Of a stretch of DNA of 64,000 nucleotides, positions 40,230 to 50,492 are shown piece by piece. The translations under genes and the position numbers were made by a program. Under the pieces are notes generated by a model, which was not told the origin of the DNA, ran no database searches, and was given only the letters and a program-made list of their open reading frames with translations. The DNA comes from Clostridiales bacterium UBA4698. GTDB taxonomy: Bacteria > Bacillota > Clostridia > TANB77 > UBA1234. Each line of letters begins with the position of its first letter. Within the stretch, counting starts at the first letter, position 1. Location of the stretch: NCBI GenBank assembly GCA_002404755.1, contig DHKI01000037.1, forward strand, positions 1,959 through 65,958, given 5' to 3'.

Positions 40230-40925
40230 TTAAAATATATTCTTTATTTCTTTTATATTTTTTAATACATTTGTTTTAGGCAAAGCATCGTCCACTTTCT
40301 CATCTTCATAACTCCAAGTATGCTCGTTAGGTATATATACCGTGTTAAAACCCGCCTTCTTAGCCTCGTTTATATCTCCTTTTGGACTGTTTCCAATCAT
40401 GTAGCAATCTTCCGGATTTAAATTGTATTTTTTCAGTATTTCTTCATAATCACTTTTTGTTTTATGCTTCACAATTGTATAATCGGCAAAATATTTTTTT
40501 ATACTTAATGCTTCAACTCTTCTTTTTTGAACATCTTCCATTCCTTTAGTTATTATTGAAAGTTCATATCCTTTATCATATAAATATTCCACTGCCTCTT
40601 TCACTCCGTCTATTAGTTCGATATCACTGTTATACAATATAGACGCACTTTTCTTTATAAAACCTTGAATATCATCTTTGAAAAAGTCATATCCAATGAT
40701 ATCATATGCAACTTGCATTAATGAACATTCAAAATTTTGCGGACCATATCCGTGTTGTTCCAAATTTTCATATTGTTTTTCATTAAATTTTTGCCTTATC
40801 TCACTATATGTATATTTTTTATTGTACTCTAATATCTTTTTGGCGACAACATCTTCTACATCATAAAAATATCCTGAACACTTAATCAGTGTGTCATCCA
40901 AATCAAAAAATATGTGCTTTTGCAT
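40230..40925 (-). CDS. HAD-superfamily hydrolase
   Basis: Motif I FFDLDDTL; motif IV-like MIGNSPKGDI. Confidence 0.8.
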   Translation of the reverse strand: MQKHIFFDLDDTLIKCSGYFYDVEDVVAKKILEYNKKYTYSEIRQKFNEKQYENLEQHGYGPQNFECSLMQVAYDIIGYDFFKDDIQGFIKKSASILYNSDIELIDGVKEAVEYLYDKGYELSIITKGMEDVQKRRVEALSIKKYFADYTIVKHKTKSDYEEILKKYNLNPEDCYMIGNSPKGDINEAKKAGFNTVYIPNEHTWSYEDEKVDDALPKTNVLKNIKEIKNIF

Positions 40926-41054
40926 ACAATCACCTTTCTTTTGAAATAATTCTATATGTAATTGTTCTTAAATAATATAAACAAATTTAAGAAACTCCAT
41001 AACACAAATGCTTGCACGTTTTATAAATAAAAACATTTAGCATTTCTATTGTAT

Positions 41055-41082
41055 AAAAAACCGATGCAAGCTCATGCATCGG
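41055..41082 (-). terminator. Rho-independent terminator
   Basis: ccgatgca-agctca-tgcatcgg, preceded on the plus strand by A6 (a U-run on the minus transcript). Confidence 0.7.
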
Positions 41083-41088
41083 TATAAA

Positions 41089-41397
41089 TCACTTTTTTCC
41101 TTTGTATCTATTTTCGAATACTACTTTTATAAAAGCTCTTCTTGTTTCTATCTCATCTATTATAAGCAAGTTAGTTATTGAAATTCCAATAAATAATAGG
41201 TCAATGTAAACATTAAACTCAAACGAATCTCCTAAACTCTCTCTTCTTAGTATATGTACTATCAAACTTGCCATAAAGCATATTAAAGATATCATATTAT
41301 ACGAAGCTTTTTTTCTTATATATCCAAGTATATTCATTATTACGAGAAATAATGCACAAAATATTAAGATATAATAATTTTCAAAACTATATAACAC
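41089..41397 (-). CDS. Small hypothetical membrane protein (3 predicted TM segments)
   Basis: 102-aa hydrophobic ORF downstream of yebC. Confidence 0.5.
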   Translation of the reverse strand: MLYSFENYYILIFCALFLVIMNILGYIRKKASYNMISLICFMASLIVHILRRESLGDSFEFNVYIDLLFIGISITNLLIIDEIETRRAFIKVVFENRYKGKK

Positions 41398-41409
41398 TTA
41401 ATTTACCAC

Positions 41410-42138
41410 CTATTCCTCTTCATCCCAGTTATGCCAAATTTCTTGAACATCATCTAAATCTTCCATGTTTTCTATGATTAAATTCATTTTTTTTGTAGCC
41501 GCTTCATCAAGACTCATGTAATTTTGCGGAACCATTTTTATATCTGCATCAAGGAACTCTATTCCTTTTGCTTCTAATGCTTCTCTAACTTTTGAAAAAT
41601 CTTCTGGAGTTGTTGTTATTTCATAAACATCTTCATCAGCCTCAAAGTTTTCAGCACCAGCTTCAATCGCTTCCATCATTAATTCGTCTTCGCTCATTTT
41701 AACTGATTTTTCAACTATAAGAACGCCCTTTTTATCAAACATCCAGCTAACAGAACCTGTTGTTCCTAGATTTCCACCAAATTTATCAAGTATATGTCTA
41801 ACGTCTCCAGCTGTTCTATTTCTATTATCTGTCATTGCCTCAATTATAATTGCAACACCATTTGGTCCATATCCTTCATAAGTTATATCTTCATAATTAG
41901 CTGTGTTTCCATCTCCTGCAGCTTTCTTTATGCTTCTATCTATATTATCATTTGGCATGTTATTTGCTTTACACTTTGCTATAACATCTCTTAATTTAGA
42001 GTTTGATGCGGGGTCAGGTCCACCTTCTTTTACAGCAACTAGAAGTTCTCTTCCTAATTTTGTGAAAACTTTACCTCTTTCTGCATCTGATTTACCTTTT
42101 TTGTTTTTAATGTTATTCCATTTGCTATGTCCTGACAT
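41410..42138 (-). CDS. yebC: YebC/PmpR family DNA-binding transcriptional regulator
   Basis: MSGHSKWNNIKNKKGKSDAERGKVFTKLGRE. Confidence 0.95.
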   Translation of the reverse strand: MSGHSKWNNIKNKKGKSDAERGKVFTKLGRELLVAVKEGGPDPASNSKLRDVIAKCKANNMPNDNIDRSIKKAAGDGNTANYEDITYEGYGPNGVAIIIEAMTDNRNRTAGDVRHILDKFGGNLGTTGSVSWMFDKKGVLIVEKSVKMSEDELMMEAIEAGAENFEADEDVYEITTTPEDFSKVREALEAKGIEFLDADIKMVPQNYMSLDEAATKKMNLIIENMEDLDDVQEIWHNWDEEE

Positions 42139-42264
42139 TTATATCTCCTCCTTTTTTACGTAGCTATATTATCATATTTTTTGAGCATTGTGTAGTACTT
42201 TTTCAAAAAAAGTACCAAAAGACATATCTAAAACTCTGCGTTTCATATGCTTTTGGTATAATTT

Positions 42265-43056
42265 TTAGCTATCGCCATCTACGCTTTCTCGCTTACAATA
42301 TTTTATAACTTCAATATTACTATTTTTACTTCTCTCAACCATTTTATTATATACTTTATCCCTCAAGTCCTTTTTTTGTAGTGCTTTTGGCAATTCTTTA
42401 TTAGCAAAAAAAGGTCCATCAATATATGAAACTATTTTTACCTTATTTTTTCCATAGGCTTGATAAGTATTAATTATACTAAACACTGGTGCATCTAATT
42501 CTACTGGATATGTGAAAGATGTACTTTTAAACGGCCTTATTTTTGTATAATACGGCCATATATGTGCCTCCGGATAAATAGTTATTGCATGATTATCACG
42601 TATTGTTTTTTCTATTGCCTGTTTAAAGTTTTTCATTGCATCTAAATTACTTGGAATAGGTATTGCTCCCATCATTTGAACAAAATTGCCAAGTACCTTC
42701 ATTGATACATTTTCTGGATTCACAATAAAAAAATTTCTTTTAGGATAGATTGGTATACTTGGAATTAACGTATCTCCAAAAGGCTGTGTATGATTTACAT
42801 ATACAAAATATCCTGTTTTTTTGTAACTCCTCAAATTTTCTTTCCCAATATATTTAACTTTAAATCTTATTTTGGCATACAAAATTCTTATTGGAACGAG
42901 TAATATATTTTGTGTTATAAAAGATGCAATATTCCAAAATGGATTTTTATGAATATATTTATAATTTTCATCAATTACTCTTGGTTTAATTTTCGCTTCC
43001 GAAAATTCATCATTTAATTCATCCTGATAATATATGATTTTTCTATTATTCTTCAT
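42265..43056 (-). CDS. Lysophospholipid (PlsC-like) acyltransferase family protein
   Basis: 263 aa with an NHTQPFGD (HXnD-like) motif. Confidence 0.6.
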   Translation of the reverse strand: MKNNRKIIYYQDELNDEFSEAKIKPRVIDENYKYIHKNPFWNIASFITQNILLVPIRILYAKIRFKVKYIGKENLRSYKKTGYFVYVNHTQPFGDTLIPSIPIYPKRNFFIVNPENVSMKVLGNFVQMMGAIPIPSNLDAMKNFKQAIEKTIRDNHAITIYPEAHIWPYYTKIRPFKSTSFTYPVELDAPVFSIINTYQAYGKNKVKIVSYIDGPFFANKELPKALQKKDLRDKVYNKMVERSKNSNIEVIKYCKRESVDGDS

Positions 43057-43924
43057 CTACCATTTCCTTATTTTCCGTTATATACTCTAAAGGTTTTCCA
43101 TAGAAATTTTCATAAGTTTCTTTCCATAAATTAAAGTTCTTCTCTTTCATTATTCGTATATTTTCTCTTTCTGATATTTCTTTATCTGGATATATTGGAA
43201 CTTTTATATTTACAGTGTATTCCTGTATTGGAAAACCATCACTACCGATATTTTCACTATCATTCATTGTTATAAATATTGGTACAACTGGCACATTATT
43301 TCTAACAGCCAATTTGAACGCACCATCTTTTAATGGCTTAGGTTTTCTATAATTCCACCATAAACTTTGTTCTGGGTATATAAGTATAAAATCTCCATTT
43401 TGAAGTATTGTGTCAACTGCCTTCATAAACTCTATCATTGTTTTTGTATTCGAACTAAGTGGCAATGTATCACAATTTCTAAATAGAAATCCATAAAAGC
43501 CTGGAAAATTAGTATAGTTTCCTTCTCTTATTACCTTATACAATATTTTTTTATTTTTAAAATGTTTGGTATCTCTAAATATTTTTTCCACAGTAAAACA
43601 ATCAAAAGGATTGAAATGATTGCATGTTATTATCGCACCGTCACTTACCACTTCTAGATTTTCCATTCCTATAACATCTTTAATTATAAGTTTATTATTT
43701 CTTAAAAGCTCTTCTAAGAATTTTCTACCTATTTCGTTAGCTACTGTTCTTTTTATTTGGCTTTTTCTCTTTTTCTTTAAATAATCAACTTTATCTGGTT
43801 TTAACACTATTGTAGGTGGATCTTTTTCTGGATCAACATCAAATTTGCCTTCCCTTTCTAGTCTATCGATTTCATCCAAGATTTCCAATCTATCTTTAGC
43901 TTTCTCTATAATTTCTTCTCTCAT
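43046..43924 (-). CDS. Lysophospholipid (PlsC-like) acyltransferase family protein
   Basis: 292 aa with CNHFNPFD, an H(X)4D acyltransferase motif. Confidence 0.7.
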   Translation of the reverse strand: MREEIIEKAKDRLEILDEIDRLEREGKFDVDPEKDPPTIVLKPDKVDYLKKKRKSQIKRTVANEIGRKFLEELLRNNKLIIKDVIGMENLEVVSDGAIITCNHFNPFDCFTVEKIFRDTKHFKNKKILYKVIREGNYTNFPGFYGFLFRNCDTLPLSSNTKTMIEFMKAVDTILQNGDFILIYPEQSLWWNYRKPKPLKDGAFKLAVRNNVPVVPIFITMNDSENIGSDGFPIQEYTVNIKVPIYPDKEISERENIRIMKEKNFNLWKETYENFYGKPLEYITENKEMVDEE

Positions 43925-43927
43925 ACT

Positions 43928-44860
43928 TTATCTCCTGTTTATTCTATCATCTCCGACACAGTCAGCTTCTTTTTGTGCTAGCATTCTTAAAGCTTTGTCT
44001 TTTTCCATATCCTCAAAGCGTTCCTCATCCGAATAATTGTCCTTTATTTTTTGTATTGTGTCAAAAAACTCAGTCTTTTTAGCATAATTCCAAAAATAAT
44101 CTTTATATAGTATATCTTCAAAATGCCAAGGCTTATACGCTAGATTATAGTGTATTAACTTTATATCTCCTTGATTTTGTTTTTCTCTAGCTATAGGCAT
44201 TCTATTCCAATTTGGATCTACTATCTTAACTCTACCTTTGCACAATCTGTTCAAATAGTCTTGATCTTGAGCAACTGAAAATCTTATTTTATCTAATGAA
44301 TATATAAATTTTTCTTGAAAATCAAATTTTCTAAGCTCGTCCAAGTTCATCAATAAGACTCCCGCATTAAAATAGTTTCTATAATCAGCCACTCCAACTA
44401 CTTTTTCTGCATATTCTTGGAATACCTCAATTGTTTGAATTACATCATCTGGTGCTGCTGCAACCAAATTGTTTTCCATATTTGTATTATACAAATCTGC
44501 AACATCCTCAAGCACAACAATATCACTGTCTAAGTAAAGAGCCTTCGTATATTGAGGATACAAATTTGGTATGAATAGTCTAAAATAAGTCGTTTTAGAA
44601 TAATAATCTCTTGTGTATAATTTATCTTTTATCTTTTCTATGTAATAATTCAAATCTACAAATTCTATACTAACATTTTCTTGTTCAAATTTTTGTATTT
44701 TCTTTTGATTCTCTTCCGAAATATTTGTGTACAAAATTTTTATCAAATAAAAATTTTCTTTCTTTGAATTTTCTATCAAAGATTGAAGCGAAACTGCTAA
44801 AAAAGGTATATATCCATCATCAACAGCAAAGAAAATTGGTATTACATTTTTGTTTTCCAT
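43928..44860 (-). CDS. Glycosyltransferase family 8
   Basis: IPIFFAVDDGY...LYLDSDIVV (DXD) pattern. Confidence 0.8.
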   Translation of the reverse strand: MENKNVIPIFFAVDDGYIPFLAVSLQSLIENSKKENFYLIKILYTNISEENQKKIQKFEQENVSIEFVDLNYYIEKIKDKLYTRDYYSKTTYFRLFIPNLYPQYTKALYLDSDIVVLEDVADLYNTNMENNLVAAAPDDVIQTIEVFQEYAEKVVGVADYRNYFNAGVLLMNLDELRKFDFQEKFIYSLDKIRFSVAQDQDYLNRLCKGRVKIVDPNWNRMPIAREKQNQGDIKLIHYNLAYKPWHFEDILYKDYFWNYAKKTEFFDTIQKIKDNYSDEERFEDMEKDKALRMLAQKEADCVGDDRINRR

Positions 44861-45706
44861 CTATTTTTTCTCCTTTTCAAATTCGTTTTTTAATTTTAAA
44901 TATTCTTCTAAATCGTTGTCATAGTAGTAACACTTTAATACTTTGTGAACTTCTTCCATATTCCACTGCTTAAAGTTTTCCGTATGAGGATACGGCAAAA
45001 ACATCAGTCTCTTACAAAAGTGACAAATTACCGTATCCTTTCTATTAAATTTTGATTGTTCATTGTATTTTCTTGGCAATATTTTTTTCTTTGTAGTAGA
45101 CCAAAATATAGCATCTTGATCTGCAAACAACATCTTTTTATTTCTTATCAAATCTCTTGCCTTTTTAAGAAGACCGGTTTCTTTTATTTTTTTCATATTT
45201 AAAAGTAACATGCCTGCATTTATATAGTCTGGTCTAATTATCCAACAACCATATTTTTCTTTTACAGCTGCATATTCATAATCATCAATATCTATTTCGT
45301 ACAACTTCTTTAAATCATCGCCAACCATTATATCTATATCTAAATACAATAGTTTTTCTGGCATTCCTGGCACCAAATCAGCAAGTAATCTTAGCAAAGT
45401 ATATGGTGTACAGTATGCAGTTTCATTTTTGCAATTTGCAAATTCTTTTTCATATAATTCTGTAACATCTATTTTTTTTACACTATTCCTTTGATTTCGC
45501 GATTTCACAAAATCATCAAGAAACTTTTCTTGTTCGTCAGTTATTGGAACGAAATTTTCGTTTAATCTTGAAACGTCCATCGTAAAAATATAACAATTAA
45601 TTACTTCATTAGTCCTATTTGTTATTGATACAAGTTGCGTTAATGCACCGTCAAAAACCTTCTTATTTCCACATAAAAGTAAGTTTATCATATATCCCCT
45701 CATCAT
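44861..45706 (-). CDS. Glycosyltransferase family 8
   Basis: LLYLDIDIMV DXD motif. The probable true start is the ATG at 45691 (MINLLL) behind AGGGGA. Confidence 0.75.
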   Translation of the reverse strand: MMRGYMINLLLCGNKKVFDGALTQLVSITNRTNEVINCYIFTMDVSRLNENFVPITDEQEKFLDDFVKSRNQRNSVKKIDVTELYEKEFANCKNETAYCTPYTLLRLLADLVPGMPEKLLYLDIDIMVGDDLKKLYEIDIDDYEYAAVKEKYGCWIIRPDYINAGMLLLNMKKIKETGLLKKARDLIRNKKMLFADQDAIFWSTTKKKILPRKYNEQSKFNRKDTVICHFCKRLMFLPYPHTENFKQWNMEEVHKVLKCYYYDNDLEEYLKLKNEFEKEKK

Positions 45707-45762
45707 TTCTAAAATTATATCAGTAACATTATATCGTATTTAATTTATTATTTCAACACCCG

Positions 45763-45939
45763 TTATTCGTCTTTGTCTGTACTATTTTCTAAATACCTAG
45801 CTCTTCTTTTTTGTTCTTCTGGTGTAAGCCAAGCATCGAATGATGCGATAAATTCGCCATACTCTGTTGCATCCTCAATTATGCCTTTACCTTTCGTTCT
45901 TAAAGCATTTAAACCGATTTTATTTCTTTTATCTTTCAT
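45763..45939 (-). CDS. Small hypothetical protein (58 aa), not in the ORF track
   Basis: Own translation: MKDKRNKIGLNALRTKGKGIIEDATEYGEFIASFDAWLTPEEQKRRARYLENSTDKDE. RBS ggggtga sits 6 nt before the ATG; the ORF lies directly downstream of lexA. Confidence 0.5.
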   Translation of the reverse strand: MKDKRNKIGLNALRTKGKGIIEDATEYGEFIASFDAWLTPEEQKRRARYLENSTDKDE

Positions 45940-45995
45940 AAAAAATCACCCCATACTTGATAGTATGAGATGATTAAGCATTTTTATTCTATCTA

Positions 45996-46628
45996 TTATA
46001 TTTTTCTAAACACTCCAACTACCTTTCCTAAAATCGAACATGTCGGCACTATTATGGGTTGCATAAACTGATTTTGCGGTTGTAATCTTATATGACCTTT
46101 TTCTTTGTAAAACTTTTTGACTGTTGCTTCATCCTCTATAAGAGCCACAACAATATCACCATTTTGGGCATTATCTTGTTTTTTTACTAATATAAAGTCA
46201 CCATCTAATATTCCAGCATCTATCATACTTTCACCTCTAACACGTAGCATGAAAGTTTCGCCTGTTCCTGTGAAATCTATTGGCAAAGGAAATGAATCTT
46301 CCACATTTTCAACAGCAAGTATTGGCATTCCTGCAGTCACCTTGCCAACTATTGGAACATCTACCATTTCTTTTGATGTAAAAAAAGGTTTTTGGCTTCT
46401 GCCATCTTCATCAACCAATCTTATCGTTCTTGATTTCATATCAACCTTTTCAATTAATCCTTTTTTCTTTAGTCTAGCTAGATATCCGTGTACTGTTGAA
46501 GTAGATTTTAAATCTAATGCTTTACAAATCTCTCTAACAGAAGGTGCATATCCTTCTTCTTTAATTTGTTGTCTAACATAGTCTAATACCCTTTGTTGTT
46601 TATCGGTTGCTTTAGCAGAATCTTTCAT
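45996..46628 (-). CDS. lexA: LexA repressor
   Basis: N-terminal winged HTH, an AG-type cleavage region (VTAGMP) and Ser/Lys protease motifs (GESM...VKK). Confidence 0.95.
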   Translation of the reverse strand: MKDSAKATDKQQRVLDYVRQQIKEEGYAPSVREICKALDLKSTSTVHGYLARLKKKGLIEKVDMKSRTIRLVDEDGRSQKPFFTSKEMVDVPIVGKVTAGMPILAVENVEDSFPLPIDFTGTGETFMLRVRGESMIDAGILDGDFILVKKQDNAQNGDIVVALIEDEATVKKFYKEKGHIRLQPQNQFMQPIIVPTCSILGKVVGVFRKI

Positions 46629-46763
46629 TTATATCTCTCCTTTTCTTCTCTCCTAAGTTGCTTATAGGCTATCACAAAAATTCGTTCTTGTCAACATTTG
46701 ACGCAAACAAATTTTTATAATTTCTTTTTATTTCAGTCTAAACACACTTTTATTAAATCAACT

Positions 46764-47711
46764 TTAGAACATATCCTTTTTCTTTAGCCAAATCCATGCT
46801 ATTAATGATGTCAAAAATGCAATTCCCATCACCTTAATAAACCCGAATGCGTCATTTGCAAATGGCAATCCTGCAACATTCATTCCCCATATGCTTGAAA
46901 CTATTGTAGGAATTGAAATTACTATTGTAACCGATGCTAAAAATTTCATCACAATGTTTAAATTGTTTGATATAACCGAAGCATATGCGTCCATCGTTCC
47001 ACTCAAAATATCTCTATATATTGTTCCCATTTCAATAGCTTGTCTATTCTCTATAATTGCATCTTCAAGAATATCTTCATCTTCTTCATACATTTTTATA
47101 AATTTTGAACGCATTAATTTTTCCATAACTATCTCATTTGATTTAAGCGATGTTGTAAAATATACTAAGCTTTTTTCTAATTCTAAAAGCCTAATCAGTT
47201 CTTGATTTCTCATTGATTTTTGAAGTCTATTTTCAGCTTTATCAGTCTCTCTATTTATAAACTTAAGATAATTTAAATAATACACTGCTGTCTTATACAG
47301 AATTTGCAATATAAAACGTGTTTTTTTGAATGTAAAAAATCCTTTTACTCTACAATCAATAAACTCCTTTAAGATAGGAGATTCTGCCGTACAAACTGTT
47401 ATAAAATAATCATCTCTAACCACAATCATACCAATCGGAATAGTGGTAAAGCCTTCAATCTCACCATCGTTTTTTTCAACAGTTGGCAAATCTATTACTA
47501 TAAGCGTTTGATCATCTTCAACATCTATTCTCGCCTTTTCTTCCTGATCTAGAGGATATCTTATAAATTCTTCTCGAACACCAATAGAATTACAAAGTGT
47601 ATTTATTTCTTGGGCTGTAGGATTAATAAGATTTATCCAACACCCCTTTTCAAGTTTAGTTTGTTCTCTAAAAAATCCTTGTTCGTCTAATGTTCTATAT
47701 ATTTTCATCAT
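46764..47711 (-). CDS. corA: Magnesium/cobalt transporter CorA
   Basis: C-terminal WGMN motif and two TM segments. Confidence 0.92.
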   Translation of the reverse strand: MMKIYRTLDEQGFFREQTKLEKGCWINLINPTAQEINTLCNSIGVREEFIRYPLDQEEKARIDVEDDQTLIVIDLPTVEKNDGEIEGFTTIPIGMIVVRDDYFITVCTAESPILKEFIDCRVKGFFTFKKTRFILQILYKTAVYYLNYLKFINRETDKAENRLQKSMRNQELIRLLELEKSLVYFTTSLKSNEIVMEKLMRSKFIKMYEEDEDILEDAIIENRQAIEMGTIYRDILSGTMDAYASVISNNLNIVMKFLASVTIVISIPTIVSSIWGMNVAGLPFANDAFGFIKVMGIAFLTSLIAWIWLKKKDMF

Positions 47712-47785
47712 AATAAATTCCCCCTTGTTTGCAAAAGAAAAAATTGTCTTGTCTAAATAACTTACAAAACAATTTCTTCTTAAAT

Positions 47786-48574
47786 TTACTCTCCATCCTT
47801 AACTAAATATACTTTCCATTTTCTTCTTCCTAGTTTATATGCAAAAGATTTGTCGAAAACAGCATAATCAAACCTATACTTTCCTTTTACTGCACTACCA
47901 GTATCCATAGCAACTACATATCCAAGTCCTTCAATATAGAACTCTGTTCCAAGTTTCCAATACTTTGTATCAACAGCTATCGAAACCCCTGCTACAATAG
48001 GTTTCCCTGATGCCGTATATCCTAAATTGTTGCTACATTCATCTGGGCTAGGCGTATATGCCGTTCCTTCAAATTCTCCAACGTATTCTAATTTTTCGTA
48101 ATCAACGGCTGTATCAGCCTTATCAGCAGTTCCAAAATTTTGTGGTTCAATTCCTACGGAAGCAGCAAGTTTCAAAGAATCTTGAAGTCTCATATTTTCT
48201 TCAATTAAACTTTGATTATTTTTAGCCAATTGTTCCGCCTCTGTATACAACCTTTCTTGTTCTGACTTTATTTCTTCCTGTTTTTTTTCAATTTCTTCTT
48301 TTTGGTTTTCTATATAACTTTTTTCGTTTTCTAAATTTTGTATTCCAACAACTAAACCTTCTGTTTTTTCATTATACACTTTCACTGTATCTTTGGCATA
48401 TACCAACACATAAAACGCTCCTGCAGAAACAATTAGTAACGAGCAGATTAGAGCTTTACCAATTCTTCTATGCTTAAGAATTGATTTTCTAAAATTATAT
48501 ACTGCTTTAATTTGAGATATCCTATCAGCTTGTCCCAATTTTATCCCTCCAACAATCACAAATTCCTTACGCAT
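47786..48574 (-). CDS. 3D domain-containing cell-wall protein with TM anchor and coiled coil
   Basis: C-terminal GTAYTPSPDE...AVDTKYWKLGT...VAMDTGSAVKG 3D-domain pattern. Confidence 0.8.
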   Translation of the reverse strand: MRKEFVIVGGIKLGQADRISQIKAVYNFRKSILKHRRIGKALICSLLIVSAGAFYVLVYAKDTVKVYNEKTEGLVVGIQNLENEKSYIENQKEEIEKKQEEIKSEQERLYTEAEQLAKNNQSLIEENMRLQDSLKLAASVGIEPQNFGTADKADTAVDYEKLEYVGEFEGTAYTPSPDECSNNLGYTASGKPIVAGVSIAVDTKYWKLGTEFYIEGLGYVVAMDTGSAVKGKYRFDYAVFDKSFAYKLGRRKWKVYLVKDGE

Positions 48575-48777
48575 ACACGCATTTTAAATTCTTCTAAATT
48601 ATATCACAACACTTTTGAAATTTGTACAATATTTTATATTTTTCACACAAAATATTTTTTTATATACACTTCTCTTAAATCATACAAATACTTTTATAAT
48701 TTAACTAGAGTTAATATTACTATTTCATTTTATGTTCTTTTACATTCGCAAAAATCTCTCATTTTAATTATATGCAC

Positions 48778-48806
48778 TTGAATAACAATAATTAATTTGT
48801 TATAAT
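48778..48806 (+). promoter_or_regulatory. Sigma-A type promoter of ssrA
   Basis: TTGAAT-17 nt-TATAAT, ending 14 nt before the mature tmRNA 5' end. Confidence 0.6.
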
Positions 48807-48820
48807 AACTTTGTACTTAT

Positions 48821-49171
48821 GGGGATGCAATGGTTTCGACAGATGCCTAGCAGTATAAATAGCGAGTGATGGATTCTCGTCGGCCATCTAAAAAAACGAG
48901 AAATATAAATAATTAACAACAATAAAGTTGCTTTAGCTGCCTAGTTGCGGCTACGTTTGACCATGCTTGTCTACTTGGCTTGAATCAGGCGTCGATTAAA
49001 GTAGAACCGAAACTATCAAAACTTTGCGATAGTGGGTATTTATAAAGTTACCAAAAATAAAAGAGTGTTTGTCCTCGTTTATTCTAGGGAATTTTAAAAG
49101 ATAAACTGCACTCGGAGAAGTTTATATGAAAGGGTTTTTGGACAGGAGTTCGATTCTCCTCATCTCCACCA
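48821..49171 (+). ncRNA. ssrA: Transfer-messenger RNA (tmRNA, SsrA)
   Basis: 5' GGGGAUG...UUCGAC acceptor/D-like start. The tag reading frame ends ...AAC AAC AAU AAA GUU GCU UUA GCU GCC UAG (NNNKVALAA*). The 3' end is a T-arm, GGAGUUCGAUUCUCCUCAUCUCCACCA. Confidence 0.95.
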
Positions 49172-49179
49172 TTTTTAAG

Positions 49180-49208
49180 CCAATATCAATTGTTGATATT
49201 GGTTTTTT
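49180..49208 (+). terminator. Rho-independent terminator of ssrA
   Basis: ccaatatcaa-ttg-ttgatattgg followed by T6. Confidence 0.85.
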
Positions 49209-49220
49209 ATTCATTTTTAC

Positions 49221-50164
49221 AAATGGTAAAATTAAATGAACGAATTGAATAAACAAAAAGACACATAAGATTACTTATGGTACAATGTTTGTTGAAGACC
49301 AAAACAGTACTGGAGGTAATCAAATGTGTCAAAATAATAATACCACAAAAACAAAAAAATTCAAGCAAATAAATTATACAGAAAGAACGCAAATTGAAAG
49401 GTGGCATAACAAAGATAAAAAACTAATGTTGAAATAGGTAAATTATTAGGAAGACCAGAAAGTTCAATAAGAAGAGAATTAAAAAGAGGTATGGTAAAAA
49501 ATTTAACATCAGAGTTAGTAGAAATAATTGTATACAGTGCGGATGTTGCCCAGCAAAAGTGTGATTACAACAAAACAGGAAAAGGACCTCAATTAAAGAT
49601 TGGCAAGGATTTCAAGTTAAAAGAGTATATTGAAAATGGCATAAAGGTAGAAAAGAAATCACCTGAAATATTACTTGCAGAGATTGAAGAAAAAGGGTTA
49701 AAATTCACAACAAAAATATGTGCAAAAACAATCCGAAACAATATACATCAAGGTGGTATATTCGACCTTAGAGAAAAAGACATGATATATAAGAAGGAAT
49801 ATAAAGAAAAGTTTAAAAGTATAACATTTGATAATGGCGGAGAATTTAGGGATTATGAGGGATTAGAAAGGTCATATGATAAAAGAAAAAAAGGGAAAAG
49901 GACAATTGTATATTATGCACATCCATATTGTTCGGGAGAACGTGGAAGCAATGAAAACAACAATAGACTAATAAGAAGATTTATCCCTAAAGGTACGGAT
50001 ATAGCGCCAATTTCAGAGGAATATATACAATGGATAGAAAATTGGATGAATAATTTGTTAAGACCTATGTTTGGTTTTAAATCATCATTACAAGTAGCAT
50101 AATTTATGTCAACAAAGCATTGTGAAAAACTTTTTTGAAATTCGTTCATTTAATATTGCAATTT
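49221..50164 (+). mobile_element. IS30-family insertion sequence, decayed, inserted about 13 nt after the ssrA terminator
   Basis: Terminal inverted repeats aaatggtaaaattaaatgaacgaatt (49221-49246) and aattcgttcatttaatattgcaattt (50139-50164) have a 16-nt perfect core and match 22/26 overall. They enclose the transposase remnant. Confidence 0.75.
49324..50102 (+). pseudogene. IS30-family transposase pseudogene (frameshift in an A-run near 49415 plus an internal deletion of part of the DDE domain)
   Basis: N-terminal HTH INYTERTQIERWHNKDKK / NVEIGKLLGRPESSIRRELKRG is split between frames. The C-terminus, ITFDNGGEF...YYAHPYCSGERGSNENNNRLIRRFIPKGTD, is IS30-like, but the segment carrying the first catalytic Asp residues is missing. 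Confidence 0.75.
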
Positions 50165-50492
50165 ATAAAAAAGACACTTCCTTTTATTTTTATTGATGTT
50201 TCTAACAATATATTATCTATCTGTATAAAAAACAAGATTTTAAACTAATATTTTATAAATCATTTAACTCTAAAAGCAAATTTTATTAATAGACTAAATG
50301 TATTTCTATTTGAATATAAAATATCATTTACTGCACATTTTCATTTGTGCCCATGTAATATAAATTTAATATAAATTTAAAGTTTAATTTATTGAGATTT
50401 TATGGAAAAATGTTATACTATATTTACTGATCTAAACTTTTCTATTTAATTTGAAAATTCAAAAATCTTTTAGAAAAGTAAGGAGGATACAT

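Noticed and set aside
42265-43924. Two overlapping acyltransferase ORFs (11-nt overlap) as another split gene.
   Set aside because: Each has its own start, its own H(X)nD motif and a full domain length, and no CGG lies at the junction. They are treated as two genes.
46629-46763. A LexA (Cheo-type GAAC-N4-GTTC) box upstream of lexA.
   Set aside because: Only isolated GTTC/GAAC tetramers are present (for example ttcgttcttgtcaac), with no correctly spaced palindrome that I could verify.
49207-49407. A 66-aa minus-strand ORF.
   Set aside because: It is antisense to the IS30 left end and transposase 5' region, and it is hydrophobic low-complexity sequence.
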